A stretch of DNA of 59,024 bases from an uncultured virus (IMG/VR IMGVR_UViG_3300047357_001465) (taxonomy: Duplodnaviria; Heunggongvirae; Uroviricota; Caudoviricetes): IMG/VR virus record IMGVR_UViG_3300047357_001465. One strand, given 5' to 3'. The notes beneath the pieces were generated by a model that had not been told where the DNA came from, ran no database searches, and saw only the letters and a list, made by a program, of their open reading frames with translations. Shown here in pieces: positions 18,671 to 26,899 of this stretch (position 1 is its first letter; each line of letters begins with the position of its first letter). The position numbers and the translations under genes are program-made.

Positions 18671-20020
18671 GTGGCTAGTAAAAACGTGCCTGTTGACAAA
18701 AAACTCTGGAGTCAGATTCAATCTCTAGCTAAAGGTGAGAGAAAGTCACCAGTTACCAAAGGTGGAGAGACTGCAAACCCTGTTAATGGGGGTGCGGGCT
18801 TTAAGGTCTTTCCGTCTGCTTACGCTAACGGTTGGGCTCTTGCTCAGTATAAGAGGCTTGGAGGCAAATGGAAGAAAGAGGCGTCTTCCAAAGGCAAGCT
18901 AGTTCTTCTAGGGAGAGACTCGGGAGCTATGGTGTACTCTTTCTACTTCCTCCGTCTCTCACAAGACTACTTCTATCATTACACTTACAAAGATAGAGCT
19001 GAAGAAATCTTAGAAGATGGATACCTTCGACCAAATTTCTATACCGACCAAGCAGGGGCTGTTGGAGTATTTGCAATATCTGGGACATATGGTCAAGAGG
19101 TGACTCGCGTGCAATTGAGCGGGACACGCAAACACCATATGGGCAATATCGTTGCTATTAAATTCAAGACTAGGACTCTCCCTAAGTACGGCTTTGTGGA
19201 AGAAGTAATTTGGGATAAGCCCGTGAAGCTAAGAGACGTAGAAGTTGTGCCTGTTTCAGAGGTGCTACAAGATCTCAAGTCTAATGCGGACATAGGAAGT
19301 CAGTCCAAAGTCTACTACGACCTTAAGAAAGCCATACAGGTGAAGAAAGAAGTGCAAGAAGGTAAGAAAGCTTCTCACGGGAAGCCTCGTAAGTGGGATG
19401 AGAGGCATTGTAAATCTAAGACTTGTGGCGAGATGGGCTTCTCTGAAAAGGCGTCTTGCAAACCCTATAAGGATTGTTATCGGAAAAACGCATCTGGTAT
19501 GATACCCCCACCTCCCCGTACTCGCGATCTCATGTCTCAACTCCCTAAGATTTCCTATCAATATGAAAACAGGTACAATAATAAGGGAATTCAACCCTAC
19601 CTTGACCGCTGTTATTGGATGGTTTTTGACGGCGTATTAACAAGTCGTGGATACCCGAGCCAAGCACCTGAGATCAAGGGTCTGGGCGAGAGTCTAGCCC
19701 CCTTGATCTCATCTTTAAAAGAACACTTCAACCTCTTAAGACCAGAGCAGTTTGCCAAGTTGAATGGAGTTCCTTTTAAATGCGATTACCTAGAAACAGC
19801 ACAAACACCTTCTTATCCCTCTGGGCATACGACCCAAGCGTATTACATAGCTCACAAGTTGTCTGACAGATACCCTCACCTCAAGTCTGAGTTTTTCTCC
19901 GTCGCTAAGATGGTGGCGGAGTCTCGAGTTGATCGGGGGGTTCACTTTTTCTCGGATAACGAGGCGGGGGTTCAGTTAGCTGAGAAGTTACATACCAGAG
20001 ATCAGAAAAGCTTTAACTAG
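18671..20020 (+). CDS. multi-module protein: PSAYANGW module, ART-like module, Cys module, PAP2/haloperoxidase-like phosphatase
   Basis: YHYT..I..GYLRP (ART-like); RP, SYPSGH, SRVDRGVHFFSD (PAP2); GTG after AGGAGG. Confidence 0.75.
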   Translation: MASKNVPVDKKLWSQIQSLAKGERKSPVTKGGETANPVNGGAGFKVFPSAYANGWALAQYKRLGGKWKKEASSKGKLVLLGRDSGAMVYSFYFLRLSQDYFYHYTYKDRAEEILEDGYLRPNFYTDQAGAVGVFAISGTYGQEVTRVQLSGTRKHHMGNIVAIKFKTRTLPKYGFVEEVIWDKPVKLRDVEVVPVSEVLQDLKSNADIGSQSKVYYDLKKAIQVKKEVQEGKKASHGKPRKWDERHCKSKTCGEMGFSEKASCKPYKDCYRKNASGMIPPPPRTRDLMSQLPKISYQYENRYNNKGIQPYLDRCYWMVFDGVLTSRGYPSQAPEIKGLGESLAPLISSLKEHFNLLRPEQFAKLNGVPFKCDYLETAQTPSYPSGHTTQAYYIAHKLSDRYPHLKSEFFSVAKMVAESRVDRGVHFFSDNEAGVQLAEKLHTRDQKSFN

Positions 20021-20071
20021 TTCGCTCCCTTATAGTTTTTTAATGGCTTACTTCAAACATAGGAGGTAGTC

Positions 20072-21994
20072 ATGTCACGAAAAGCTGTTAAAAGAGATGA
20101 CCCCAAGCTCAAAAACACGGGCAAAGGCGGTCTAGATACTTGGTTCTCTGGTCATGGTGGAGGCAAACCCGATGAGAGAGCCACTTGGGGCGATTGGGTG
20201 GCGATCACCCCCGTAAAGCACACCATCGAGAAAGAAGACGGTAAGAAGAAAACTTATGAACCAGGTGACATTGTTGGCCCATGTGGGATATCTAGTGAAC
20301 CAGAGTGGTCATCCCTTACAGGAAAAGGTAAAAAGCCACTCAAGTGTATGCCAAGAGAGAAGGCACATAAAATGCCCAAAAAAGACAGAGCTCAACTCGC
20401 GAAGAACAAGAGGAAGCAGGAGAATAAGAGCAAAGGTAAAAAGCCTGTTAACACTCCTACTTTCTCTGAAGAGGCAAAAGAGATTAAGAAATCCGCGTCG
20501 AGGGTCGCTTCGAGATACTTGAGGTCGGACTTCTATAGACAAGTATCTCCCCCAGACGAGCTTTCAAGCCTATCCCAAGGTACGCCCGCCCATAGAACAG
20601 AGGACTCTAGACCACAAAGTAGTAGTCTCCCTAACGGAGACTTCGCAAGGGATATAGGTAGACCTTCTCCTGACTCTCCTTCTTTGAAGCACAGAGACCT
20701 GCAGGATCAGCCTAAACCATCGAGTGGGCTTGATCTTGGATACGTGCATGATAGCGGGTCTGGCTCTGCGAGAGTAATACCTTATAATTCTGGCTTCTCA
20801 AACAACTCGTCGCCCAACAGAAAAGCTTCTCTTTCTAGGGACATGGAAACCGCGATCTACGAGTCTTTTTTTGGGTGGTATGATATACCTGTAAAAGGCA
20901 AAACGTCCACTAACGGCATGAAGCTGTCTGTATTAGGTAAGACCCTAGAGGATATCTACAAGGCATATGGTCTTGTAGGGGGTTATCTTAAAAAAAATCG
21001 CATTGGTCATAAGGTGGCGACTCGCAGAAGGGTAGAGGAGGCTCGATCTCCGCAAAACCGCAAGATCCTCACCATCTACATACCCGACGGGGAAGAATGG
21101 CGTGGTATTGCAGAAGAGGTATCTCAACTCCTACATAAGGGTCGGTATGTGGGTTGGCAGAATATTCCAACTCCCCCTCTTTACCAACATTATGCCAACG
21201 CTGTATTTTACAGGAATGATAGGGATTCATCAGGTGCGTATATCCCTACCCGCAGATCCGCAGGTTCGCAACCCGCACAAGATTTAGGCGGGGTCAGCAC
21301 TTGGGTGACTAAAAACAGGCAAGACCAAATTAACCGAAACACCGAACCTCTGAAGACAAGACCAGATTACGGTGATGGCTCTCCTGATCGAGCCCGAGTC
21401 TTGCCCCTCCCAGACGGACACCCGAAAGGAAGGGACGAGATACGGCAAGGCCCTGGGGTTATGAACACACCCCCTAGCTCATCGGGTCAAGGTTTGGCAA
21501 ATAGACCTCCCAAGAACCCTAATTCTATCTCTGAGAAGCCTCTCCATCAAAGACCTCGATCTAGTGGCATTCCAGGAGATCAATACGGACACCCTTACAT
21601 AGATCAGTCCGCTTCAACAGGCCTGAGGAGACGTGGTGTTCACATGAAGCAGGTTAAGATGGAAGTGGAAGAGATTTGGGACGTTGACGCTGACGGTAAC
21701 CTTATTAAGGTCGGTCTTAAGTCTGTTCTCCCTCCAAGGGTGAGGCAAAGAGAGCAAAGGGGCGAGGTCAAAAGAAAAACTAAGATAGACCACAAGAGGA
21801 AGACTACTGCCGAGAAAGCTAGGGATTCCCTTAAAGCGAAGAGGCGATACAAAAGAAACCCTAGTAGACACATCCGATATCAAGAAAGACGCAGGAAAAC
21901 ACCTAGTCTTTTTAAACGCATGCCATCAGGGGGAGTGTCTTCTCAAAAACAAGTTCAAGACCGAGACAAAAAAACAAGGGAGAAAAGAAAATGA
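20072..21994 (+). CDS. multi-module basic, low-complexity protein with internal phosphothreonine-lyase/LanKC-N-like module
   Basis: GMKLSV..YL..HKVA..QNRKILTIYIP..VFYR; KKSASRVASRY linker; AGGAGG RBS. Confidence 0.65.
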   Translation: MSRKAVKRDDPKLKNTGKGGLDTWFSGHGGGKPDERATWGDWVAITPVKHTIEKEDGKKKTYEPGDIVGPCGISSEPEWSSLTGKGKKPLKCMPREKAHKMPKKDRAQLAKNKRKQENKSKGKKPVNTPTFSEEAKEIKKSASRVASRYLRSDFYRQVSPPDELSSLSQGTPAHRTEDSRPQSSSLPNGDFARDIGRPSPDSPSLKHRDLQDQPKPSSGLDLGYVHDSGSGSARVIPYNSGFSNNSSPNRKASLSRDMETAIYESFFGWYDIPVKGKTSTNGMKLSVLGKTLEDIYKAYGLVGGYLKKNRIGHKVATRRRVEEARSPQNRKILTIYIPDGEEWRGIAEEVSQLLHKGRYVGWQNIPTPPLYQHYANAVFYRNDRDSSGAYIPTRRSAGSQPAQDLGGVSTWVTKNRQDQINRNTEPLKTRPDYGDGSPDRARVLPLPDGHPKGRDEIRQGPGVMNTPPSSSGQGLANRPPKNPNSISEKPLHQRPRSSGIPGDQYGHPYIDQSASTGLRRRGVHMKQVKMEVEEIWDVDADGNLIKVGLKSVLPPRVRQREQRGEVKRKTKIDHKRKTTAEKARDSLKAKRRYKRNPSRHIRYQERRRKTPSLFKRMPSGGVSSQKQVQDRDKKTREKRK

Positions 21995-22593
21995 ACAACC
22001 TCAAAGTACTGCAGTTACTTTTAGTGGCACTCCGCTCAGCCCATTGGTCGCATTGGACGAGCCATTGGCAAGTTAAGGGTTCTTCTTTTTATGGAGACCA
22101 TGAACTCATGGAGAGGTTATATGCGGGCTTAGTTGATGAAATTGATACCTTAGCAGAGAAGATCGTATCTAACTTTGGCTCAGATTCTGTCAACCCTGTA
22201 GAACAAGCCCAAGCTATGGCTAATGTCATGATGCCTGTTGCAGAAGATAGGTCGAACCAGAGTCCGCTTGAGCGAGCTTTGTTTGTCGAGGACGCCCTCC
22301 AGATCTTCTTCAAAGCAGCTTACAACTACCTGAAGAAGAGCGGTTTTTTAACGCTGGGTATGGATGATTTCATCATGTCAATGGCGAACAACCATGAAAC
22401 CAACCTATACTTGCTCAGGCAAAGACTCAATAAAAACCCTTCAAAGACAGCCTTCAATAAGTACAACCCCACGGAGCTAGTTGGCCAGCTTTTAAAAGTA
22501 TTAAGCAGTCATGGTCTCCATGAGGCATACGAACACATAAAGAGACACAAGGTTCCTCAAGTTGTTGATGACGCTTGGGTTAACCGAGATTAA
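21991..22593 (+). CDS. Dps/ferritin-like protein with C-terminal extension
   Basis: HWQVKGSSFYGDHELMERLY..EIDTLAEK ferroxidase pattern. Confidence 0.85.
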   Translation: MNNLKVLQLLLVALRSAHWSHWTSHWQVKGSSFYGDHELMERLYAGLVDEIDTLAEKIVSNFGSDSVNPVEQAQAMANVMMPVAEDRSNQSPLERALFVEDALQIFFKAAYNYLKKSGFLTLGMDDFIMSMANNHETNLYLLRQRLNKNPSKTAFNKYNPTELVGQLLKVLSSHGLHEAYEHIKRHKVPQVVDDAWVNRD

Positions 22594-22665
22594 AAAACTT
22601 TTCGTGACTGCCCTCTTTTTTGATAATACTTAACATAAGTAATCAATCTAGTTAAAAAAGGCACG

Positions 22666-23196
22666 TTGAAAATGAAAAGAAAAATTGTTGAAGTAAAAGT
22701 TGAATTGGCCAAGTTCATGACTCACTTATTGGCTCCGTTCTACGGCAAGCCTCAGGATGAGGACGGCAACGCCCTGCCAAGCAAGCGAGAGAAGAGCTGG
22801 TCGTTCTCACTGCACAACGCAAAGAACAACACGCATCTCACCTTCACGGCAACTCGAGCAAGGGGCGAGTACGAGAGTGACCCTGTTAAGGTTAGCCTCT
22901 CATGCACCAACTATGATCGTGTGATCGCCACAGTAGGGAAGAACGCCTTCACTCCAGAATTGGCATACACCGACCATGAGAAGTTGGGGCTTGAAACCTT
23001 GAAGTGGGTCGTCGATGCCTCGAACGAGGGTTGGGATTGCCCTGATCACATTCGGGTCATGGCGGAGAGTCGTTGTGCGAGGTGTAGACTCGCACTTACC
23101 AACCCGACATCTGTCGAGTGGTTCTTCGGACCTACTTGCCGAAAGCGTGTAGGTATCGTGGCGACTAACTCAAAGACTGCAAAAGCAAAAAAGTAG
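22666..23196 (+). CDS. Zn-ribbon protein (DUF6011-like)
   Basis: CARCRLALTNPTSVEWFFGPTC. Confidence 0.75.
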   Translation: MKMKRKIVEVKVELAKFMTHLLAPFYGKPQDEDGNALPSKREKSWSFSLHNAKNNTHLTFTATRARGEYESDPVKVSLSCTNYDRVIATVGKNAFTPELAYTDHEKLGLETLKWVVDASNEGWDCPDHIRVMAESRCARCRLALTNPTSVEWFFGPTCRKRVGIVATNSKTAKAKK

Positions 23197-23205
23197 TTCT
23201 GCTTT

Positions 23206-23404
23206 GACCCCTATGGGGTCTTTAGAGGGACTCACCCTCGTCGCATTGTTGCCTTGATCCCTCATCTGGTGAGGTGAGTTCTTTATATGCTCCATAGAAA
23301 TACGGGGCATACCCCAAGATTAATATGGACGTGTACAGGTAGGTCATAATGCACCTCAATCTTCGGAGGCTGAGAGAAGAGGTGCATATACCTGACTTTT
23401 TCTT
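23206..23404 (+). ncRNA. putative structured RNA (four stems, cUUCGg tetraloop)
   Basis: Stems 23206/23220, 23225..36/23273..84, 23286..93/23304..11, 23336..57/23379..94; CTTCGG at 23361..66; trailing U-run. Confidence 0.55.
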
Positions 23405-23456
23405 TAGGGTAAAGAAAAAAAAACCGAGACCCTCAAACTTATTGATAATATAAGTA

Positions 23457-23490
23457 TAGTTAGTTTAGTTTAGTTTAGTTTAGTTTAGTT
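23457..23490 (+). repeat. (TAGTT)6 perfect tandem repeat abutting an RBS
   Basis: 23461..23490 six exact copies plus partial TAGT; followed by AGGAG. Confidence 0.95.
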
Positions 23491-23501
23491 AGGAGCACAG
23501 C

Positions 23502-23582
23502 ATGAGCATCGGAATTCTCAGCCTCGTTTTCTACGCCACCCTTCTCGGGATCGCTCTCGCAGATGCGGATTTATCGGCTTAA
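23502..23582 (+). CDS. 26-aa hydrophobic peptide MSIGILSLVFYATLLGIALADADLSA
   Basis: AGGAG 6 nt before ATG, single TM-like helix, upstream TTGATAATA, downstream terminator. Confidence 0.55.
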   Translation: MSIGILSLVFYATLLGIALADADLSA

Positions 23583-23644
23583 AAAAAATAAAAAAAAAGA
23601 AAAGAAAAGAAAACGAGCAAACTTCCTGTGGGGGGAGTTTTAAG

Positions 23645-23675
23645 AAGACCCAGACTTTATAGTCTGGGTTTTTTT
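23645..23675 (+). terminator. rho-independent terminator (possibly bidirectional, also after terL)
   Basis: ACCCAGACT-TTAT-AGTCTGGGT followed by T-run. Confidence 0.85.
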
Positions 23676-23690
23676 ATGCCTTCTGGCAAG

Positions 23691-25544
23691 TCACTTTCCC
23701 CGATTTATCCTATCTTTGAGGCTGTAGGAAGAAGGCGACCGAGGAGCTACTCTTCTAGGGTCGCTCCCTCCTCTGCCTGAGTATCTGCCCGCTGTGGCAA
23801 AGGTCTTCCCTCCAGCCATCGGGTGGGAGTAGTTTGACCTGCCTTTCGCGAAGTATCGGGTCTTCCCGATACTGTTTGAAGCGAGCCATGTCATTCTGAC
23901 AATCGCATCTGACATATCGTCGTGCTTACCTGCGACCTGAGGAGCTTCTACTGTGATCAGGTGCTTTGAGTGTACTGTCTGTTGCAGTTCTAGCATCTCA
24001 ACAATATAAGGCTCGTTTCCATCTTGGAGGGGGTCTTTTCTGTTATAGAGCCTCAGCTTCTTATCCCACATCATATCTTTGAAGTTCTGGTACATCTGAG
24101 AAGTGATTTGCTTCGTCATGTTAACCGAGGTGAGTTGCTTCAAGCCCCTTTTTTCGAGGGCTTGCTGGAAGGGGATGCCCGCCCATTGGTCAAAGATCCC
24201 TTCAGCGAAGTAGAACTTGTTAGAGAACCCCAGCACCCAATCTGCGACATCATCAAACTCTAGTCTCTCTTTGTCCACATAAAGACCTTCTCCCGCTTTG
24301 ATCATATCGACAAGGTCTAATACGATGCGTCCGTCTTCTTCAATATGTCCAATTGCAATAGCACTGCCGTCACCTACAAGTGCGAGGTCAATACCTACAA
24401 AGTGAGGTCTTCTGGCGGGTGCAGACCTGTTAGCTGAGAGGGAGGGGTCTACACAAGCGAGTAGGTCTTCCTCTTTCTCTATCCAGCCTCTTGTTCTATC
24501 CGTGAACTCGCCTCCGTACTCTGTGAAGAAGACTGCAGGGTTCTTGAGGTAGTGTTTCTCAAACTCTTGAGCTGGTACGGTAGGGTTGACCTCCCATGTA
24601 GGAGCTTGGACAGACAGGATATTATCAGCCGCCTGTCCTCCTCTCATGCCGATTTGGAAGATAGTATAAAACAGACCCTGTCTGCCAAGGGGAGAAGAGA
24701 TAAGTATAACCCTACCCTCAACCTCCCCTATAGGTACAGTTGGATTATCGGGGTCTTTCGCGGAGTAGGCTGATGTTGAAGGTACAACCGCGTTATAGAC
24801 TTCCTCCGCCCCTGATTGTCCCGTTTCGGTAAAGTGGGCTACCTCATCAAGGATGACGCATATGTTACCTGCACCACGAAGACCTTTAGCGACACAGGAT
24901 CTGAAAGTGACCTTCAGTGTGGCTTTAGCTGTAGGGTCTTCTATGTAACGCCCATACTTCTCAACGTCAGCGGGTGTCTGAAACCTAGCATAGCTAAGAG
25001 TGTTATTCGCGGTGTAAGGCCCAAAGAATGCACAATTCCGATAGTGTCCAGACACCTCTTGATAGAGTAGGCCTGCTTGGTCTTTGTCTGTAGCTACAGA
25101 GATTATTTGTATGTTGTTGGATGCTGGCAGGCCGTAGAACTTTTGAGGGTTCTCTTTTTTGATGAGCTTATATGTCTCGTAGGCGGCGATGCACGCGGAT
25201 ATTGTAGTCTTCCCAGACCTCCTGCCTATGGAGAGAACCATCTCTCGCCTCTGCTTGCCTGGTATAACCTCTCCTATGTTGCATCTGCCTTCATCAAAAA
25301 GCTTTTTGAGGTAACTCTTCTCCGTGTGTACTTCTACGTTCTTCCTTGACCAATCAGAGATCTCGAAAGTCTCTGTGTCATCAAGCTCCAGCCCGTAGTG
25401 AGCTTTCAAAATAACTCTCTGCACAGGGAATAGGTTCATTTTTAAGCCCCAAGGAGACTCCACGAACTCTATGATATTAGCATCTTTTTCGGATCTCTTC
25501 CCAGCTTTGGCACTTGCACTGATTGCAACTGAGGAAAGACTCAT
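23691..25544 (-). CDS. terL: terminase large subunit
   Basis: Walker A GRRSGKT, Walker B VILDE, ISSP coupling motif, nuclease GIDLA and HDDMSDA. Confidence 0.92.
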   Translation of the reverse strand: MSLSSVAISASAKAGKRSEKDANIIEFVESPWGLKMNLFPVQRVILKAHYGLELDDTETFEISDWSRKNVEVHTEKSYLKKLFDEGRCNIGEVIPGKQRREMVLSIGRRSGKTTISACIAAYETYKLIKKENPQKFYGLPASNNIQIISVATDKDQAGLLYQEVSGHYRNCAFFGPYTANNTLSYARFQTPADVEKYGRYIEDPTAKATLKVTFRSCVAKGLRGAGNICVILDEVAHFTETGQSGAEEVYNAVVPSTSAYSAKDPDNPTVPIGEVEGRVILISSPLGRQGLFYTIFQIGMRGGQAADNILSVQAPTWEVNPTVPAQEFEKHYLKNPAVFFTEYGGEFTDRTRGWIEKEEDLLACVDPSLSANRSAPARRPHFVGIDLALVGDGSAIAIGHIEEDGRIVLDLVDMIKAGEGLYVDKERLEFDDVADWVLGFSNKFYFAEGIFDQWAGIPFQQALEKRGLKQLTSVNMTKQITSQMYQNFKDMMWDKKLRLYNRKDPLQDGNEPYIVEMLELQQTVHSKHLITVEAPQVAGKHDDMSDAIVRMTWLASNSIGKTRYFAKGRSNYSHPMAGGKTFATAGRYSGRGGSDPRRVAPRSPSSYSLKDRINRGK

Positions 25545-26212
25545 TTCTCCCCCATCGCTTTCTTTGCGTCATTCATCCAATCGGGGTCGTCTACCATATT
25601 CCCGAACACGGCAAAGATGCTCTCCGCCAATTCAGGTCTTACTCCAGCCTCATCGCAAGACTTCCTGAAGGTCTCTGCGATATGCCCAAAGACTTTTTTG
25701 AACGCCTTTGAATCTAAGTCTATGGACTTGGATGACATGATTTCTTTTTTCTTCAGCCAAGTGTCTCCGACAGCCCTTAATGCATTAACTCTTCGCAAAG
25801 AGATCTGGGAAGTCTTCTCGCCTCTCCTTTCCGCCTCTTCTCGCTCGAAAGCCAAAGAAGCGGACTCTTCTGCGAGACCCACAAGAACTTGTGTGAGAAC
25901 GTGTTCAGAGTCGGGGTTTGTTTTAGTCTCACCCAGCACTTTGTCGGACTTTACTTTAGTCTTCTTCCTTTGTTGCAAGCTATTTAGATTAACCGCAGAA
26001 GAAGAGCTAGGCGAAGCTGGGTTTGTTATTGGAGAGGATGTGCTGGGTGATCCTGGTTTGCCGTACATAACATATGGCTCTCCTGTCTTAGGGTTGATCT
26101 GCACGTCATCTTTGTCTACTAGCTCCGAGGGCTTCTTCCATACGAGCTTTCCGTATTCATCTTTTACTTGTACTCTGGTAGCCCCATGAGGGATAGGTAT
26201 TCTAGTAGGCAT
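25541..26212 (-). CDS. putative terminase small subunit
   Basis: Immediately upstream of and coupled to terL; helical C-half; positional inference. Confidence 0.4.
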   Translation of the reverse strand: MPTRIPIPHGATRVQVKDEYGKLVWKKPSELVDKDDVQINPKTGEPYVMYGKPGSPSTSSPITNPASPSSSSAVNLNSLQQRKKTKVKSDKVLGETKTNPDSEHVLTQVLVGLAEESASLAFEREEAERRGEKTSQISLRRVNALRAVGDTWLKKKEIMSSKSIDLDSKAFKKVFGHIAETFRKSCDEAGVRPELAESIFAVFGNMVDDPDWMNDAKKAMGEK

Positions 26213-26229
26213 TTTTCAGCACTCCTTTC

Positions 26230-26889
26230 TCAGGAGATGTCCATAGGGGACATGCCTCCCTTTCTTAAGATATTAACATACGCCCCCTCGTTTACAGGGT
26301 CATATAGTATGTTACCATCAGAGTCCTCTAAGACGAAAGGTGGATCTCCACCTAAGAGGAGGTACGTGTAAGAGTAGACTCTAATGAAGAGGTCGTCAAA
26401 CACCCCTCTGCTGTAGACAAGAACATGATTCAAGTTATTCGGGTCTATCTCAGCTTTCAGGTTGACTTTCATATCATTAAGTATGTTAGCGAGGTCTTCC
26501 GCCACGTCGTTGACATCCCCCGCTCCTTCCCCTTCAGCTTGACCAAAGTAAGATCCTGCTTTGAGTGAACTAAGTCTATCTAAATCTTGAGAGTTTTGAC
26601 CTATAATCTGAATCTCGTCTGATTTGTAGTAAGGGGGGGCGTTACCTAAGTTCGGGTTTCCGAAATCGGTAGACTCCACTTTAATTCTCAACAAGGCTTC
26701 ACGGCTCTTGGTGTTACCTAAGAGAGCATCGCCTGTGTTTGAGCTAATTACTTGAGTCTCAAAAACCTGCCTCAAAGGGACAGGGTTGCCTGACTCTCCT
26801 TTTGAAGGGTCTGAAGACCTAGCATGGTGTGCAACAAGCATCTTGAAAGAGGGGGAAGCCACAACTCGTTTCTGGTAGGAAGAATACAT
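26230..26889 (-). CDS. hypothetical protein (head module)
   Basis: GGAG RBS; within terL operon. Confidence 0.65.
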   Translation of the reverse strand: MYSSYQKRVVASPSFKMLVAHHARSSDPSKGESGNPVPLRQVFETQVISSNTGDALLGNTKSREALLRIKVESTDFGNPNLGNAPPYYKSDEIQIIGQNSQDLDRLSSLKAGSYFGQAEGEGAGDVNDVAEDLANILNDMKVNLKAEIDPNNLNHVLVYSRGVFDDLFIRVYSYTYLLLGGDPPFVLEDSDGNILYDPVNEGAYVNILRKGGMSPMDIS

Positions 26890-26899
26890 CTACAAGCTC

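Noticed and set aside
23255..23310. Hammerhead ribozyme (CTGGTGA..GAAA)
   Set aside because: Core deviates from CUGANGA and the required stems could not be formed convincingly
12413..25544. Introns or inteins in nrdA or terL
   Set aside because: Both ORFs are continuous, of normal or short length, with no splicing or homing-endonuclease motifs seen
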